64,000 bases of DNA, from assembly GCA_934466515.1 (NCBI GenBank), contig CAKSLH010000003.1, forward strand, positions 228,472 through 292,471, written 5' to 3'. Source of the DNA: an uncultured Eubacteriales bacterium (GTDB lineage: Bacteria > Bacillota > Clostridia > Oscillospirales > Acutalibacteraceae). This document shows positions 46,754 to 56,114 of this stretch, one piece after another. The notes beneath the pieces were generated by a model. That model was not told the origin of the DNA. It ran no database searches and saw only the letters and a program-made list of their open reading frames with translations. How positions within the stretch are numbered: the stretch's first letter is position 1; every line of letters begins with the position of its first letter. Made by a program: the position numbers and the translations under genes.

Positions 46754-47097
46754 TGAAGAAAAATAAAACAATAAAAAACGCAATCAAGCCGATTGCGTTT
46801 TTTTCTGCATTTCTTTTAAGTATAGCGTTTTTATATTTTTCTGGAATTCACTGCCCGTTTAAAAAATTTCTTAATATTGAATGCGCAGGCTGCGGAATGA
46901 CAAGAGCGTATTTTTCGCTTTTTAAGGGCGATATAAAATCCGCCTTTAAATATAATCCGCTTTTCTTTACGGTGCCTTTAATAATCTTCGGGGTTTTAAG
47001 AGACGGAAAGATAACAGGCAGAAGGATAATAGATATAATAATTTTTGCAGGTTTACTCATAGGATTTATAATTTTATTTGTTTTAAGACAAATATAA
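46753..47097 (+). CDS. DUF2752 domain membrane protein
   Basis: CPFKKFLNIECAGCGMTRA motif typical of DUF2752. Start overlaps the previous stop (ATGA). Confidence 0.7.
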   Translation: MKKNKTIKNAIKPIAFFSAFLLSIAFLYFSGIHCPFKKFLNIECAGCGMTRAYFSLFKGDIKSAFKYNPLFFTVPLIIFGVLRDGKITGRRIIDIIIFAGLLIGFIILFVLRQI

Positions 47098-47129
47098 AAG
47101 CACTTCTCGAAATCGGAGAAGTGCTTTTT
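47097..47129. terminator. bidirectional terminator
   Basis: aaaagcacttctcgaaatcggagaagtgcttttt. Confidence 0.8.
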
Positions 47130-47145
47130 CTTGTAAGATAAACAA

Positions 47146-47544
47146 TTATCTCTTTGAGAACTGCGGTGCGCGGCGAGCGCCTTTTAAACCGTACTTCTTT
47201 CTTTCCTTCATTCTCGGGTCACGAGTGAGGAAGCCTGCCTTCTTAAGAGCAGGACGGAGCTCTTCATTAGCCTGAAGAAGCGCTCTTGATATTCCGTGAC
47301 GGATAGCACCGGCCTGACCGGTAACACCGCCGCCGGTAACACGGCAGACAACATCATACTTGCCGATATTATCTGTAAGCGCAAGAGGCTGGCGAACGAT
47401 AAGCTTAAGAGTCTCAAGACCGAAATATTCGTCTATATCGCGGTCGTTAATTGTGATTTTTCCGGTACCGTTATAAACGCGAACGCGGGCAACAGAACTT
47501 TTTCTTCTGCCGGTGCCGTAAAAATAAGGCTTTCCTTCAAACAT
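47146..47544 (-). CDS. rpsI: 30S ribosomal protein S9
   Basis: C-terminal RRAPQFSKR signature. 132 aa. Confidence 0.95.
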   Translation of the reverse strand: MFEGKPYFYGTGRRKSSVARVRVYNGTGKITINDRDIDEYFGLETLKLIVRQPLALTDNIGKYDVVCRVTGGGVTGQAGAIRHGISRALLQANEELRPALKKAGFLTRDPRMKERKKYGLKGARRAPQFSKR

Positions 47545-47561
47545 TGTTTCTGTCTCCCTTC

Positions 47562-47990
47562 TTAAAATTCAAGCTTTTCGGGCTTCTGAGCAACCTGATC
47601 AAACTTCTCGCCCTTATAGACATGAAGTCTGGTAAGTGCCTTGCGGCCGATAGTAGTGTCCGGAATCATACCTTTAACAGCAAGCTCAACTGCAAGCTCA
47701 GGCTTTGTATTCATAAGAGTTGAATACTGAACCTCTTTGAGTCCGCCGACAAATCCGGTGTGACGGCGGTAATACTTCTTTTCAAGCTTCTTTCCTGTTA
47801 AAACTGCTTTTTCAGCGTTGATAACTACGACATGATCGCCGCAGTCAACATGGGGAGTAAATTCAGGCTTGCCCTTTCCGCGAAGAAGATCGGCAACCTT
47901 TACAGCGGTGCGGCCGAGCGGTCTGTCGGCAGCGTCCACAATATACCATTTACGCTGAATTTCAGCAGGTTTTGCCATAAATGTAGACAT
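47562..47990 (-). CDS. rplM: 50S ribosomal protein L13
   Basis: [21 protein letters not shown]-terminus. The true start is ATG 47990; the track ORF is extended upstream. Confidence 0.93.
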   Translation of the reverse strand: MSTFMAKPAEIQRKWYIVDAADRPLGRTAVKVADLLRGKGKPEFTPHVDCGDHVVVINAEKAVLTGKKLEKKYYRRHTGFVGGLKEVQYSTLMNTKPELAVELAVKGMIPDTTIGRKALTRLHVYKGEKFDQVAQKPEKLEF

Positions 47991-48216
47991 TTTCAAAACC
48001 TCCGTAAAATCAAATTTAAAACATTTCAGCCCGATTATCATACCACACGCTTTTTTGTTTGTCAACACTTAATTTTCAATTTTTTAATTTACAAAACTCA
48101 AATCTCGTGTTTTCTCTTATTTTCTCGTTTTATCTCTCATTTGCTCACTTTCGATTTTCAAAAATATAATAATTGAAAATAAGGAAATAATATGATAATA
48201 TATAATTAAATAAGTT

Positions 48217-49032
48217 TTGCTTGGAGATGTTCCGTTGAAGGTTCTTGCTATCGGCGATGTCTGCGGCGGCAGCGGCTGCAGGTATCTTTTAAAAATGCTG
48301 CCGGTTTTAAAAAAGAAATTCGGCGCCGAATTCGTTATCGTAAACGGAGAAAACTCCGATGAAGCGAACGGAATATCCAATTTAAGCGCCGATATGATAT
48401 TTGCCGCGGGTGCAGATGTTATCACAGGGGGAAACCATACTCTGCGCAATAAGAATTTTTATGAGACTCTTGACAGCAGTCCTTTTTTGCTTCGCCCCGA
48501 TAATATCAAGGCTGATTTCGGTAAGGGCTATTGCCTTGTTGATAAGGGAAAATTCAGCGTTGCTGTCATAAATCTTTGCGGAATAACATATATGGAAAGA
48601 AGCTCTGCCGAGAATTTTATGACCGCTGCCGACAGCCTCGTTAAAAGAGCCGAGGAGGACGGGGCGAAATTTATTTTCGTCGATTTTCACGCCGAGGCAA
48701 CAAGCGAGAAAAAAGCTCTTGCGCTTTATCTTGACGGCAAGGTTTCAGCTGTTTTCGGAACGCATACCCATGTGCTGACCGCCGACGCGCAGATTTTAAA
48801 AAACGGCACAGGATTTATAACCGATATCGGTATGACAGGCTCGGATAATTCCGTAATCGGAGTAAAAAGCGATATAATTATAAACAGACTGAAAAATAAC
48901 GATATGTCGAAATTCGAATTTTCAAGCGGAGAAAATATTATCTGCGGTTGCCTTTTTGAAACGGATAATTCGGGGCGCTGCCGCAATATAATGTCTTTTA
49001 AATATAAGGAGGGCTCAGATGAAAAAATATAG
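48217..49032 (+). CDS. ymdB: TIGR00282 family metallophosphoesterase (YmdB-like 2',3'-cyclic-nucleotide phosphodiesterase)
   Basis: KVLAIGDVCG...VNGEN and GTHTHV metallophosphatase motifs. Start codon uncertain (TTG 48217). Confidence 0.75.
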   Translation: MLGDVPLKVLAIGDVCGGSGCRYLLKMLPVLKKKFGAEFVIVNGENSDEANGISNLSADMIFAAGADVITGGNHTLRNKNFYETLDSSPFLLRPDNIKADFGKGYCLVDKGKFSVAVINLCGITYMERSSAENFMTAADSLVKRAEEDGAKFIFVDFHAEATSEKKALALYLDGKVSAVFGTHTHVLTADAQILKNGTGFITDIGMTGSDNSVIGVKSDIIINRLKNNDMSKFEFSSGENIICGCLFETDNSGRCRNIMSFKYKEGSDEKI

Positions 49033-50626
49033 AATAATATCTTTAATTCTCGCCCTGCTGATGGTTTTTTCTTTTTGCGGCTGTAAAAAGAAAAATAACG
49101 GAAATTCCGCAAGCTCCGATACAGCTTCGGACAGCGAAAAGCAATCTGTAAAGGCAAGCCTGCTCAGCAATTTTAACGATTCATTTGATCCCTTCACCGC
49201 CGCCACACCGCTTAATCGACAGCTTTGTAAGCTTTTATATGAACCGCTTGTAAAGGTAGGCGAAAATTTTGAGCCTGCTTATTGCCTTGCCGAAAGCGCC
49301 GAGATTTCTGCCAATCAGTGCACGGTAAAATTAAGGTCGGCTGTTTTTACCGACGGCAGTGCAGTTAGCTCTTCGGATGTAGTATATTCTTATAATGCCG
49401 CAAAGGCTTCCGCAACATATTCCGCACAGCTTTATGAGGTTAAGGATGTTAAGGCGCAAGGTGCTGATACGGTGGTATTTAACCTTACAAGGTATGACAG
49501 ATATTTTGCAAATCTCCTTGATTTTCCTATAATGAAATCGGGTTCGGATAATGCCGCAAATTCGGACGGGGTAAAGCTCGCTCCCATCGGCTGCGGAAGA
49601 TATAGGCTTGATAATGAGAATATGAAGCTTGTTTTAAACGATTCCTATTTCGGCGATAAGGGCGAAATTAAGGAAATCAGACTTATTCATGCTCCCGACG
49701 CGGAATCCGAAAGCCATTATGTCGAAATCGGCGCCTGCGATATTTATTATGCCGACCTTTCCGACGGAAATATAGTCAGAATGAGCGGAAAAAAATGCGA
49801 TGTTCAGCTTAATAATCTTGTTTATATAGGTATAAACGGAAATTCCGAAATATTAAAGAATTCTTATCTGAGATACGCAATATCCTCAGCTATTGACAGG
49901 AATGCAATCTGCTCTCAGAGCTATTATACTAATGCCGAGCCTGCAAGAGGATATCTTCACCCCTCATTTAAGCCTGCAAAACCACTTCAGACCATAAATT
50001 TTTCCTCGGATTTGCAAATAACAGTTGAGAATTTAGGCAAGATGGGTTATAATAATTTAGATAACAGCGGTTACAGAGTAAACAGCGCCGGAAGACATAT
50101 TACTCTTTCGCTCCTCGTAAATTCCGAAAATGCTTCGAGAAAAGCGGCGGCTTATCAGATAGCTTCCCAGCTTAAAGACGCGGGGATTGAGCTAAGAGTA
50201 ATCGAAAAAAGCTTTGCGGAATATTCCGCGGACCTTGCCTCGGGTGCTTTTGAGCTTTATCTCGGAGAAATAAAAATTCTTAAGAATATGGATATTTCCC
50301 AGCTTGTAATGCAAGGCGGTTCGGCTGCGTTCGGCGTGGTCTATGATTTGCCTCAAAATGCGGAGGGGGAGCCACAGCAGGCCGATCCTGAAAATCAGAC
50401 TTCGGCGCAGACTCCTGCAATATCGGTTGAGGATATTATAAACGGATTTTATAACGGTACTTATTCCGCCGCCGATATCGAAAGTATCTTGCTTACGCAG
50501 ATGCCGCAGATTCCCGTTTGCTACAGAAAGGGTCTTCTTTTCTATGATTCGGATATCGAAAGCGGTGTTGAGGCTACTGAAAGCGATATATATTTTTCAA
50601 TCGAAAAGTATAAATATAAAAAATAA
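49019..50626 (+). CDS. ABC transporter substrate-binding lipoprotein, family 5 (peptide/nickel type), orphan
   Basis: Lipobox LMVFSFCGC. SBP_bac_5 length and pattern. No permease or ATPase genes adjacent. Confidence 0.65.
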   Translation: MKKYRIISLILALLMVFSFCGCKKKNNGNSASSDTASDSEKQSVKASLLSNFNDSFDPFTAATPLNRQLCKLLYEPLVKVGENFEPAYCLAESAEISANQCTVKLRSAVFTDGSAVSSSDVVYSYNAAKASATYSAQLYEVKDVKAQGADTVVFNLTRYDRYFANLLDFPIMKSGSDNAANSDGVKLAPIGCGRYRLDNENMKLVLNDSYFGDKGEIKEIRLIHAPDAESESHYVEIGACDIYYADLSDGNIVRMSGKKCDVQLNNLVYIGINGNSEILKNSYLRYAISSAIDRNAICSQSYYTNAEPARGYLHPSFKPAKPLQTINFSSDLQITVENLGKMGYNNLDNSGYRVNSAGRHITLSLLVNSENASRKAAAYQIASQLKDAGIELRVIEKSFAEYSADLASGAFELYLGEIKILKNMDISQLVMQGGSAAFGVVYDLPQNAEGEPQQADPENQTSAQTPAISVEDIINGFYNGTYSAADIESILLTQMPQIPVCYRKGLLFYDSDIESGVEATESDIYFSIEKYKYKK

Positions 50627-50644
50627 ATCGGGAGGATTTAATTT

Positions 50645-50995
50645 ATGATAACTTTTGAAACAATTAACGGAAAAATTGAGATTTCTCAGGAATACCTCTC
50701 AAAGCTTATCGGACACGCGGTTACATCGTGCTACGGTGTAGTCGGTATGACGCCGAGCGGCAATAAACAGAAGATATTTAAAATGATTTCAAAGGATCCT
50801 TCGCTTGATACCGGTATTAAGGTAACCGGAAACAGCGACTGTCTTGATGTTGAGCTTCATATCGCCGTAAGCTACGGAATGAATATCAACGCGATAGCCG
50901 CAAGTATCACCGAAAAGGTAAGATATGTTGTTAAGTCAAATACCGGAATTGATGTCGATAAGGTCATCGTAAGGGTTGACGATATAAAGGAATAA
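50645..50995 (+). CDS. Asp23/Gls24 family envelope stress protein
   Basis: 116 aa. EISQEYLSKLIGHAV...YGVVGM signature. Conserved position upstream of yloV. Confidence 0.8.
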   Translation: MITFETINGKIEISQEYLSKLIGHAVTSCYGVVGMTPSGNKQKIFKMISKDPSLDTGIKVTGNSDCLDVELHIAVSYGMNINAIAASITEKVRYVVKSNTGIDVDKVIVRVDDIKE

Positions 50996-51034
50996 TTTAA
51001 AGCTCAAAACGCTTTTATAAGGAGTGCTTCACTT

Positions 51035-52711
51035 TTGTTAGACGGTAATTCACTGCGCGACGCGATAATATCCGCCGCAAATAATCTTTCAAATAACAGA
51101 AAAAGGGTTGACGATCTTAATGTCTTCCCCGTTCCGGACGGAGATACCGGTACAAATATGTCCATGACTCTTTCGAATTCCGTAAGAGAGCTTAAAAAGA
51201 CTCAGAATGCCACCGCAGGCGAGATAGCCAAAATGAATGCTTCGGCTCTGCTTCGCGGCGCGAGAGGAAATTCGGGCGTTATAACCTCATTGCTTTTCCG
51301 CGGCTTTGCCAAAGGAATAGGCACCGATGAGTTCGTGACCGCCGAAAATATTACAGCCGCATTTAAGCTCGGCGTTGAAGCGGCATATAAAGCCGTTATG
51401 AAGCCTACCGAGGGCACTATCCTCACGGTTGCGCGCGTAGCTTCGGAAAAAGCACAGTCAGCGCTGGACGAGGGTAAAAACGAGCTTGAGGTATTTTCTG
51501 CCGCAATTGAAGGCGCTAAAGAGGCTCTTGCATTCACTCCCGAACAGCTTCCTGCGCTTAAGAAGGCAGGCGTTGTCGACGCGGGCGGACAGGGCTTTGT
51601 ACTTATCCTTGAGGGTATGATGTCGGTATTTTCGGGCAACGGGATTATCGCTTCTCAAAATACCGCAGAGGCGGCACCCGAGGCTGAGCAGACAAATGTC
51701 AGCGCCGCAGGCAGCTTTGAAACCGAAATAACCTTTACCTATTGCACCGAGTTTATAGTAAACCGTGATCCTAAGTGCGAAAAGGAGCCTAAGGCACTGC
51801 GGGCTTATCTTGAAAGTATAGGCGATTGCGTTGTTGTGGTTGATGACGATGAGATAATCAAGGTTCATGTTCATACCGACCACCCGGGAAATGCTATTGA
51901 AAACGGTCTTACCTTCGGTCAGCTGGTTCACCTTAAAATAGAAAATATGCGCGATCAGCATGAGCGCGCTAAGCATGACGCGGAAAGCTCAAAGCAGCAG
52001 CCGACCACTAATGCAGACCTTACCGAAAAAATCGAGCCTGTCGAAATGACAAAGCCCGTAGGCTTCGTTTCCGTCTGCGCAGGCGAAGGAATTGCCGAGC
52101 TTTTTAAAGACCTCGGCGTTGATACGGTAGTCAGCGGCGGACAGACCATGAATCCGAGCACCGACGATATTTTAAAGGCTATCGAGAGTACCCCTGCCGA
52201 AACTGTTTTCGTTCTTCCGAACAATAAGAATATTATAATGGCTGCCGAGCAGACCGTTCCGATAAGCACAAGAAAGGTTTTCGTTCTGCATACCCGTACA
52301 ATTCCTCAGGGCGTAACCGCTATGCTTAATTTTGACGAATCGGCAAGCTCCGAAACCAACGCAATCGAAATGATGAAGGCGGCAGAAAAAATCGCTACCG
52401 GTCAGATAACCTTTGCCGCGCGAGATTCCGATTTTGACGGTCATAAGATTAAAAAAGGAGAGCTTTTGGCTCTTGCAAACGGTAAGGTTTCCTTTACCGA
52501 TACCGTGCTTGATAAAGCCGCAGTCCGTTTAGTCCGCCAGCTTATGAATAAAAACAGCGAGTTTATAACCGTTATGTACGGCGAGGATGTAACCGACGAG
52601 CAGGCAGAGGTTTTAGAGGCAATTTTGAATGAAAAATTCGGATCCAAAGCCGAAGTAACCTTTATAAAGGGCGGTCAGCCGATTTATTATCTTATAATTT
52701 CCGTAGAGTGA
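51035..52711 (+). CDS. yloV: DAK2 domain fusion protein YloV
   Basis: DAK2 domain (DGDTGTNM) plus a YloV-type C-terminal domain. TTG start. Confidence 0.85.
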   Translation: MLDGNSLRDAIISAANNLSNNRKRVDDLNVFPVPDGDTGTNMSMTLSNSVRELKKTQNATAGEIAKMNASALLRGARGNSGVITSLLFRGFAKGIGTDEFVTAENITAAFKLGVEAAYKAVMKPTEGTILTVARVASEKAQSALDEGKNELEVFSAAIEGAKEALAFTPEQLPALKKAGVVDAGGQGFVLILEGMMSVFSGNGIIASQNTAEAAPEAEQTNVSAAGSFETEITFTYCTEFIVNRDPKCEKEPKALRAYLESIGDCVVVVDDDEIIKVHVHTDHPGNAIENGLTFGQLVHLKIENMRDQHERAKHDAESSKQQPTTNADLTEKIEPVEMTKPVGFVSVCAGEGIAELFKDLGVDTVVSGGQTMNPSTDDILKAIESTPAETVFVLPNNKNIIMAAEQTVPISTRKVFVLHTRTIPQGVTAMLNFDESASSETNAIEMMKAAEKIATGQITFAARDSDFDGHKIKKGELLALANGKVSFTDTVLDKAAVRLVRQLMNKNSEFITVMYGEDVTDEQAEVLEAILNEKFGSKAEVTFIKGGQPIYYLIISVE

Positions 52712-52718
52712 GAAAATT

Positions 52719-54755
52719 ATGTCTGATTTGAATTCCGACATCCGTTTTTTAAAGGGCGTGGGTGAAAAGCGCGCCGCAGTTCTCTATAATATGGGCATCG
52801 ATACTATCGGTGCCCTTTTGCGTTATTATCCGAGAGATTATAAGGATTTTTCTTCTCCCGTTCCGCTTGCAAACTGTATGGGTGAAGAAAAGATATGTAT
52901 TAAGGCAAGAATTATTTCACCGATTTTGGAGCATTATATCAGGAAAAATATGACGCTTTTTAAGTTTAATATCTCCGATTCAACCGCCGTCTGCTCGGTA
53001 ACGCTTTTTAATAATAAATATCTTGCTTCGTCGCTTCATGAGGGAAGCGAGTACCTTTTTTACGGAAAGATAACCGACGGCGGAAATTTCCTGCCTTCCC
53101 TTGTTTCGCCCGAAATCAGCCCTGTTGGCGCTAAAGGTATTCACCCCGTTTATAAGGCAAGCGATAAAATGTCGTCAAAGGCCTTGGAAAAGCTTGTAAA
53201 AACAGCTTTTTCATGCGGCTTCCCCGATGACCCGATTCCTCTTGAAATAAGGGAAAAATATAAGCTTTGTCCGCTTTGCGACGCACTTATGAATATCCAT
53301 TTCCCGAAAAACTTTGAGGCGCTTAAAAGAGCTGAAAGAAGGCTTGTTTTTGAAGAGCTGTTTGTCCTTCAAACGGGGCTTATGCGCTTGAAATGCCAAA
53401 AAAAGCAGGAACAGAGTCCTGTCATAAAAGAAGATTATACAAATGAATTTTTATCTCTTTTGCCTTTTTCGCTCACTTCGGCGCAGTTAAAAGCTATAAA
53501 TGACTGTGTAAAGGATATGTCGGGCAAAAATAAAATGAACAGGCTTGTTGAGGGCGATGTCGGAAGCGGAAAGACCGCCGTTGCCGCGGCACTTATATAT
53601 AATACCGTTAAAAACGGCTTTCAGGCAGCCATGATGGCTCCCACGGAAATTTTAGCCGAACAGCATTATAAAACGCTGAGCAATTTTTTTAAGGATACCG
53701 ATATATCCGTTTGCCTGCTTACAGGCTCGGTAACGAAGCTTAAAAAAACTAAGCTTAAAGAACAGCTTAAATCAGGTGAAATAAATGTCGCCGTCGGAAC
53801 GCACGCTCTTTTGACCGACGATACCGAATTTTTAAATGCAGGGCTTTTTATTACCGACGAACAGCACCGCTTCGGCGTGGCTCAGCGTGCCGCTCTGGCG
53901 CAAAAGGGCAGAGTTGTTAATACTCTTGTAATGTCCGCAACTCCTATTCCGAGAACCTTAGGACTTGTGATTTACGGAGACCTTGATATAAGTATTATCG
54001 ACGAATATCCGAAGGGCAGACAGAAAATCGAAACCTATCTGATAGACTCGCGTATCAGAGCGCGCGCGTTCAATTATGTTAAAAAGCACCTTGACGAGGG
54101 CAGACAGGGCTATATAGTCTGTCCGCTTGTAGAAGATGGCGAAACGGACGAAGGAATTGTAAACGCGCAGGATTATTTTGAAAAGCTTAAAAACGGACCT
54201 TTTTCAGATTACAGTGTAGGACTTATTCACGGCAAAATGAAGCCGAGTCAAAAAGAAAAGGTCATGCGGCAGTTTAAGGACGGCGAAATAGATTTGCTTG
54301 TCTGCACTACCGTAATCGAGGTCGGAATAGATGTGCCGAATGCCGCAATTATGATTATCGAAAATGCCGAGCGTTTCGGGCTTTCTCAGCTTCATCAGCT
54401 GAGAGGAAGAATAGGTAGAGGCGGATTTAAATCGACCTGCATTCTTATTTCCGACGCTAAAAACAAAATAACCTTAGAAAGGCTCGGTGTCATAAAGCAA
54501 AATTCGGACGGATTTAAAATTGCCGAGGAGGATATGAGACTGCGCGGCCCCGGTGACTTTTTGGGTAAAAGACAGCACGGTCTGCCCGAGCTTAAAATCG
54601 CCGACCTCTTTGCCGATACCGCTTCGCTAAAGGCGGCAGGGGAATCTGCAAAGTATATTTTAAGCTCCGACCCCGAGCTTAAGTCCGCTGAAAACAGTGC
54701 GCTTAAGAAAGAAATAAATAATCTTTATAAAAAGCTTGAAAACACTCAAAATTAA
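52719..54755 (+). CDS. recG: ATP-dependent DNA helicase RecG
   Basis: Wedge/OB N-terminal domain, helicase motifs I (GDVGSGKT), II (DEQHRFG) and VI (QLRGRIGRG). Confidence 0.93.
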   Translation: MSDLNSDIRFLKGVGEKRAAVLYNMGIDTIGALLRYYPRDYKDFSSPVPLANCMGEEKICIKARIISPILEHYIRKNMTLFKFNISDSTAVCSVTLFNNKYLASSLHEGSEYLFYGKITDGGNFLPSLVSPEISPVGAKGIHPVYKASDKMSSKALEKLVKTAFSCGFPDDPIPLEIREKYKLCPLCDALMNIHFPKNFEALKRAERRLVFEELFVLQTGLMRLKCQKKQEQSPVIKEDYTNEFLSLLPFSLTSAQLKAINDCVKDMSGKNKMNRLVEGDVGSGKTAVAAALIYNTVKNGFQAAMMAPTEILAEQHYKTLSNFFKDTDISVCLLTGSVTKLKKTKLKEQLKSGEINVAVGTHALLTDDTEFLNAGLFITDEQHRFGVAQRAALAQKGRVVNTLVMSATPIPRTLGLVIYGDLDISIIDEYPKGRQKIETYLIDSRIRARAFNYVKKHLDEGRQGYIVCPLVEDGETDEGIVNAQDYFEKLKNGPFSDYSVGLIHGKMKPSQKEKVMRQFKDGEIDLLVCTTVIEVGIDVPNAAIMIIENAERFGLSQLHQLRGRIGRGGFKSTCILISDAKNKITLERLGVIKQNSDGFKIAEEDMRLRGPGDFLGKRQHGLPELKIADLFADTASLKAAGESAKYILSSDPELKSAENSALKKEINNLYKKLENTQN

Positions 54756-54758
54756 GTA

Positions 54759-54786
54759 TTGACAAAACCGTCTTTTATGGTATAAT
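54759..54786 (+). promoter_or_regulatory. promoter for tRNA-Met
   Basis: TTGACA - 16 nt - TGgTATAAT (extended -10). Confidence 0.65.
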
Positions 54787-54819
54787 AATTATTGCTTGAC
54801 TGATGTATTTCAGTCATTC

Positions 54820-54896
54820 GGACCAATAGCTCAGTTGGTTAGAGCAACCGGCTCATAACCGGTCGGTCCGGGGTTCGAGTCCCTGTTGGTCCACCA
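54820..54896 (+). tRNA. tRNA with anticodon CAT (Met; elongator or Ile-lysidine type cannot be resolved)
   Basis: Acceptor GGACCAA/TTGGTCC with encoded CCA. Anticodon loop CTCATAA. T-arm GGTTCGAGTCC. Confidence 0.85.
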
Positions 54897-54902
54897 AAAG
54901 AA

Positions 54903-54943
54903 CCGGCAATCTTCCTAATAAGATTGCCGATTCTTTTATTTTT
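54903..54943 (+). terminator. intrinsic terminator
   Basis: ccggcaatctt-cctaata-agattgccg followed by a T-run. Confidence 0.7.
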
Positions 54944-55045
54944 CACTCTTCTCTTAAATTGAAGACTGTATATTAAAAACATATAACGCAATATTTGCAA
55001 AACCATGCATAAATTTATAGATAATTTTTTTATATCTCATTCACA

Positions 55046-55090
55046 AAAATCTCCATCTGCTAGGATGGAGATTTTTATTTTTTTATTTTA
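55046..55090. terminator. bidirectional terminator
   Basis: aaaatctccatc-tgctag-gatggagatttt with T-runs on both strands. Confidence 0.75.
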
Positions 55091-55095
55091 TTTAG

Positions 55096-55911
55096 TTATT
55101 TGTTTGAAATATTAAGATTTTTTATATATTCGCTCGGTGAAGTGCCCGTAAATTTTGTGAAATTACGGTTGAAAGAACGGATAGAGTTAAATCCGCTCTC
55201 AAAGGCAATTTTGGAAAAATTTTGTTCTCCGCCCGAAATAAGAAGAATGGACTCATTAATGCGCAATTGATTTATACACTCACTAAAGCTGATTTTCAAA
55301 GTATTGTTGAACACCTGAGATACATAAGATTTGCTGATGTTAAGATCGGAAGCAATCTTTTCTATAGAAATATCCTCTTTAAAATGCTCGTTGCAGTATA
55401 TAAGAACATTTTGCGGAATATTCGCATTTGAAGAATGATTATCGGGAATCAAAGTAAGCTGTGGCAAAACAATTGAAAGAAGCAGTAAAAGATATGCTTC
55501 TATAATTTGCAATCGGTATTTTGTGGAAGAAATTTGTAATTCGTGTATTTTTTCTACATATTGCGAAATGTCATTATAGTCGATTTGAATGATCGGATTT
55601 TCTATCCTGTTCTGTCTGAAAATTGAATTGAAAGATGAAATAAGTGAATCGTTGAATATTATTGTGGCAGCAAAAAGATTGCTGTCTTTTTTGTCTTTAA
55701 AAGAGTGGATTTGATACGGAGTTATCAAATAAGCCTGACCGGACGAAACATCATATTCTTTATCGTTAACTTTAAGTCGGGTACTTCCCTGTAAAATGTA
55801 TCCGAATTCAAGGTATTTATGCAAATGGCTATGGTAAGTAAGACTTTGAACAAAGCCGGTATCTAAAATCTCTTTATCATTTTCAAAAAACAGCATTTGA
55901 TGAACTTCCAA
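55096..55911 (-). CDS. AraC family transcriptional regulator (cupin sensor + HTH)
   Basis: C-terminal AraC HTH (SISKSYVSQVFNNTLKISF...GFNSIRSFNRNFTKFTGTSP) and N-terminal cupin-like domain. Confidence 0.85.
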   Translation of the reverse strand: MEVHQMLFFENDKEILDTGFVQSLTYHSHLHKYLEFGYILQGSTRLKVNDKEYDVSSGQAYLITPYQIHSFKDKKDSNLFAATIIFNDSLISSFNSIFRQNRIENPIIQIDYNDISQYVEKIHELQISSTKYRLQIIEAYLLLLLSIVLPQLTLIPDNHSSNANIPQNVLIYCNEHFKEDISIEKIASDLNISKSYVSQVFNNTLKISFSECINQLRINESILLISGGEQNFSKIAFESGFNSIRSFNRNFTKFTGTSPSEYIKNLNISNK

Positions 55912-56114
55912 ATTTTTCCACTCCTTTCGCTTTTTTCAATCCAATTATAGCATCTGAATTTTCTTAATGCAAGATAATTGTAACAATTTAACATAAGTAA
56001 ATATTTCCAAGAATATAATGTGTAATTTATGACCATATCTATCGTTTTATTGGCTAGAAGCATAAGTTTTGTTGTGGTAATATAATAATGTAACAAAAAA
56101 GGGAGGCCGATTTA

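Noticed and set aside
48069-48216. Ribosomal protein L13 leader upstream of rplM
   Set aside because: It sits in the expected position for the Firmicutes L13 autoregulatory leader, but the region is AT-rich with no clear conserved hairpin recognisable by eye. Not called.
54820-54896. Calling the CAT-anticodon tRNA an initiator tRNA-fMet
   Set aside because: The anticodon stem lacks the three consecutive G-C pairs characteristic of initiator tRNAs. Elongator Met and Ile-lysidine cannot be distinguished by eye.
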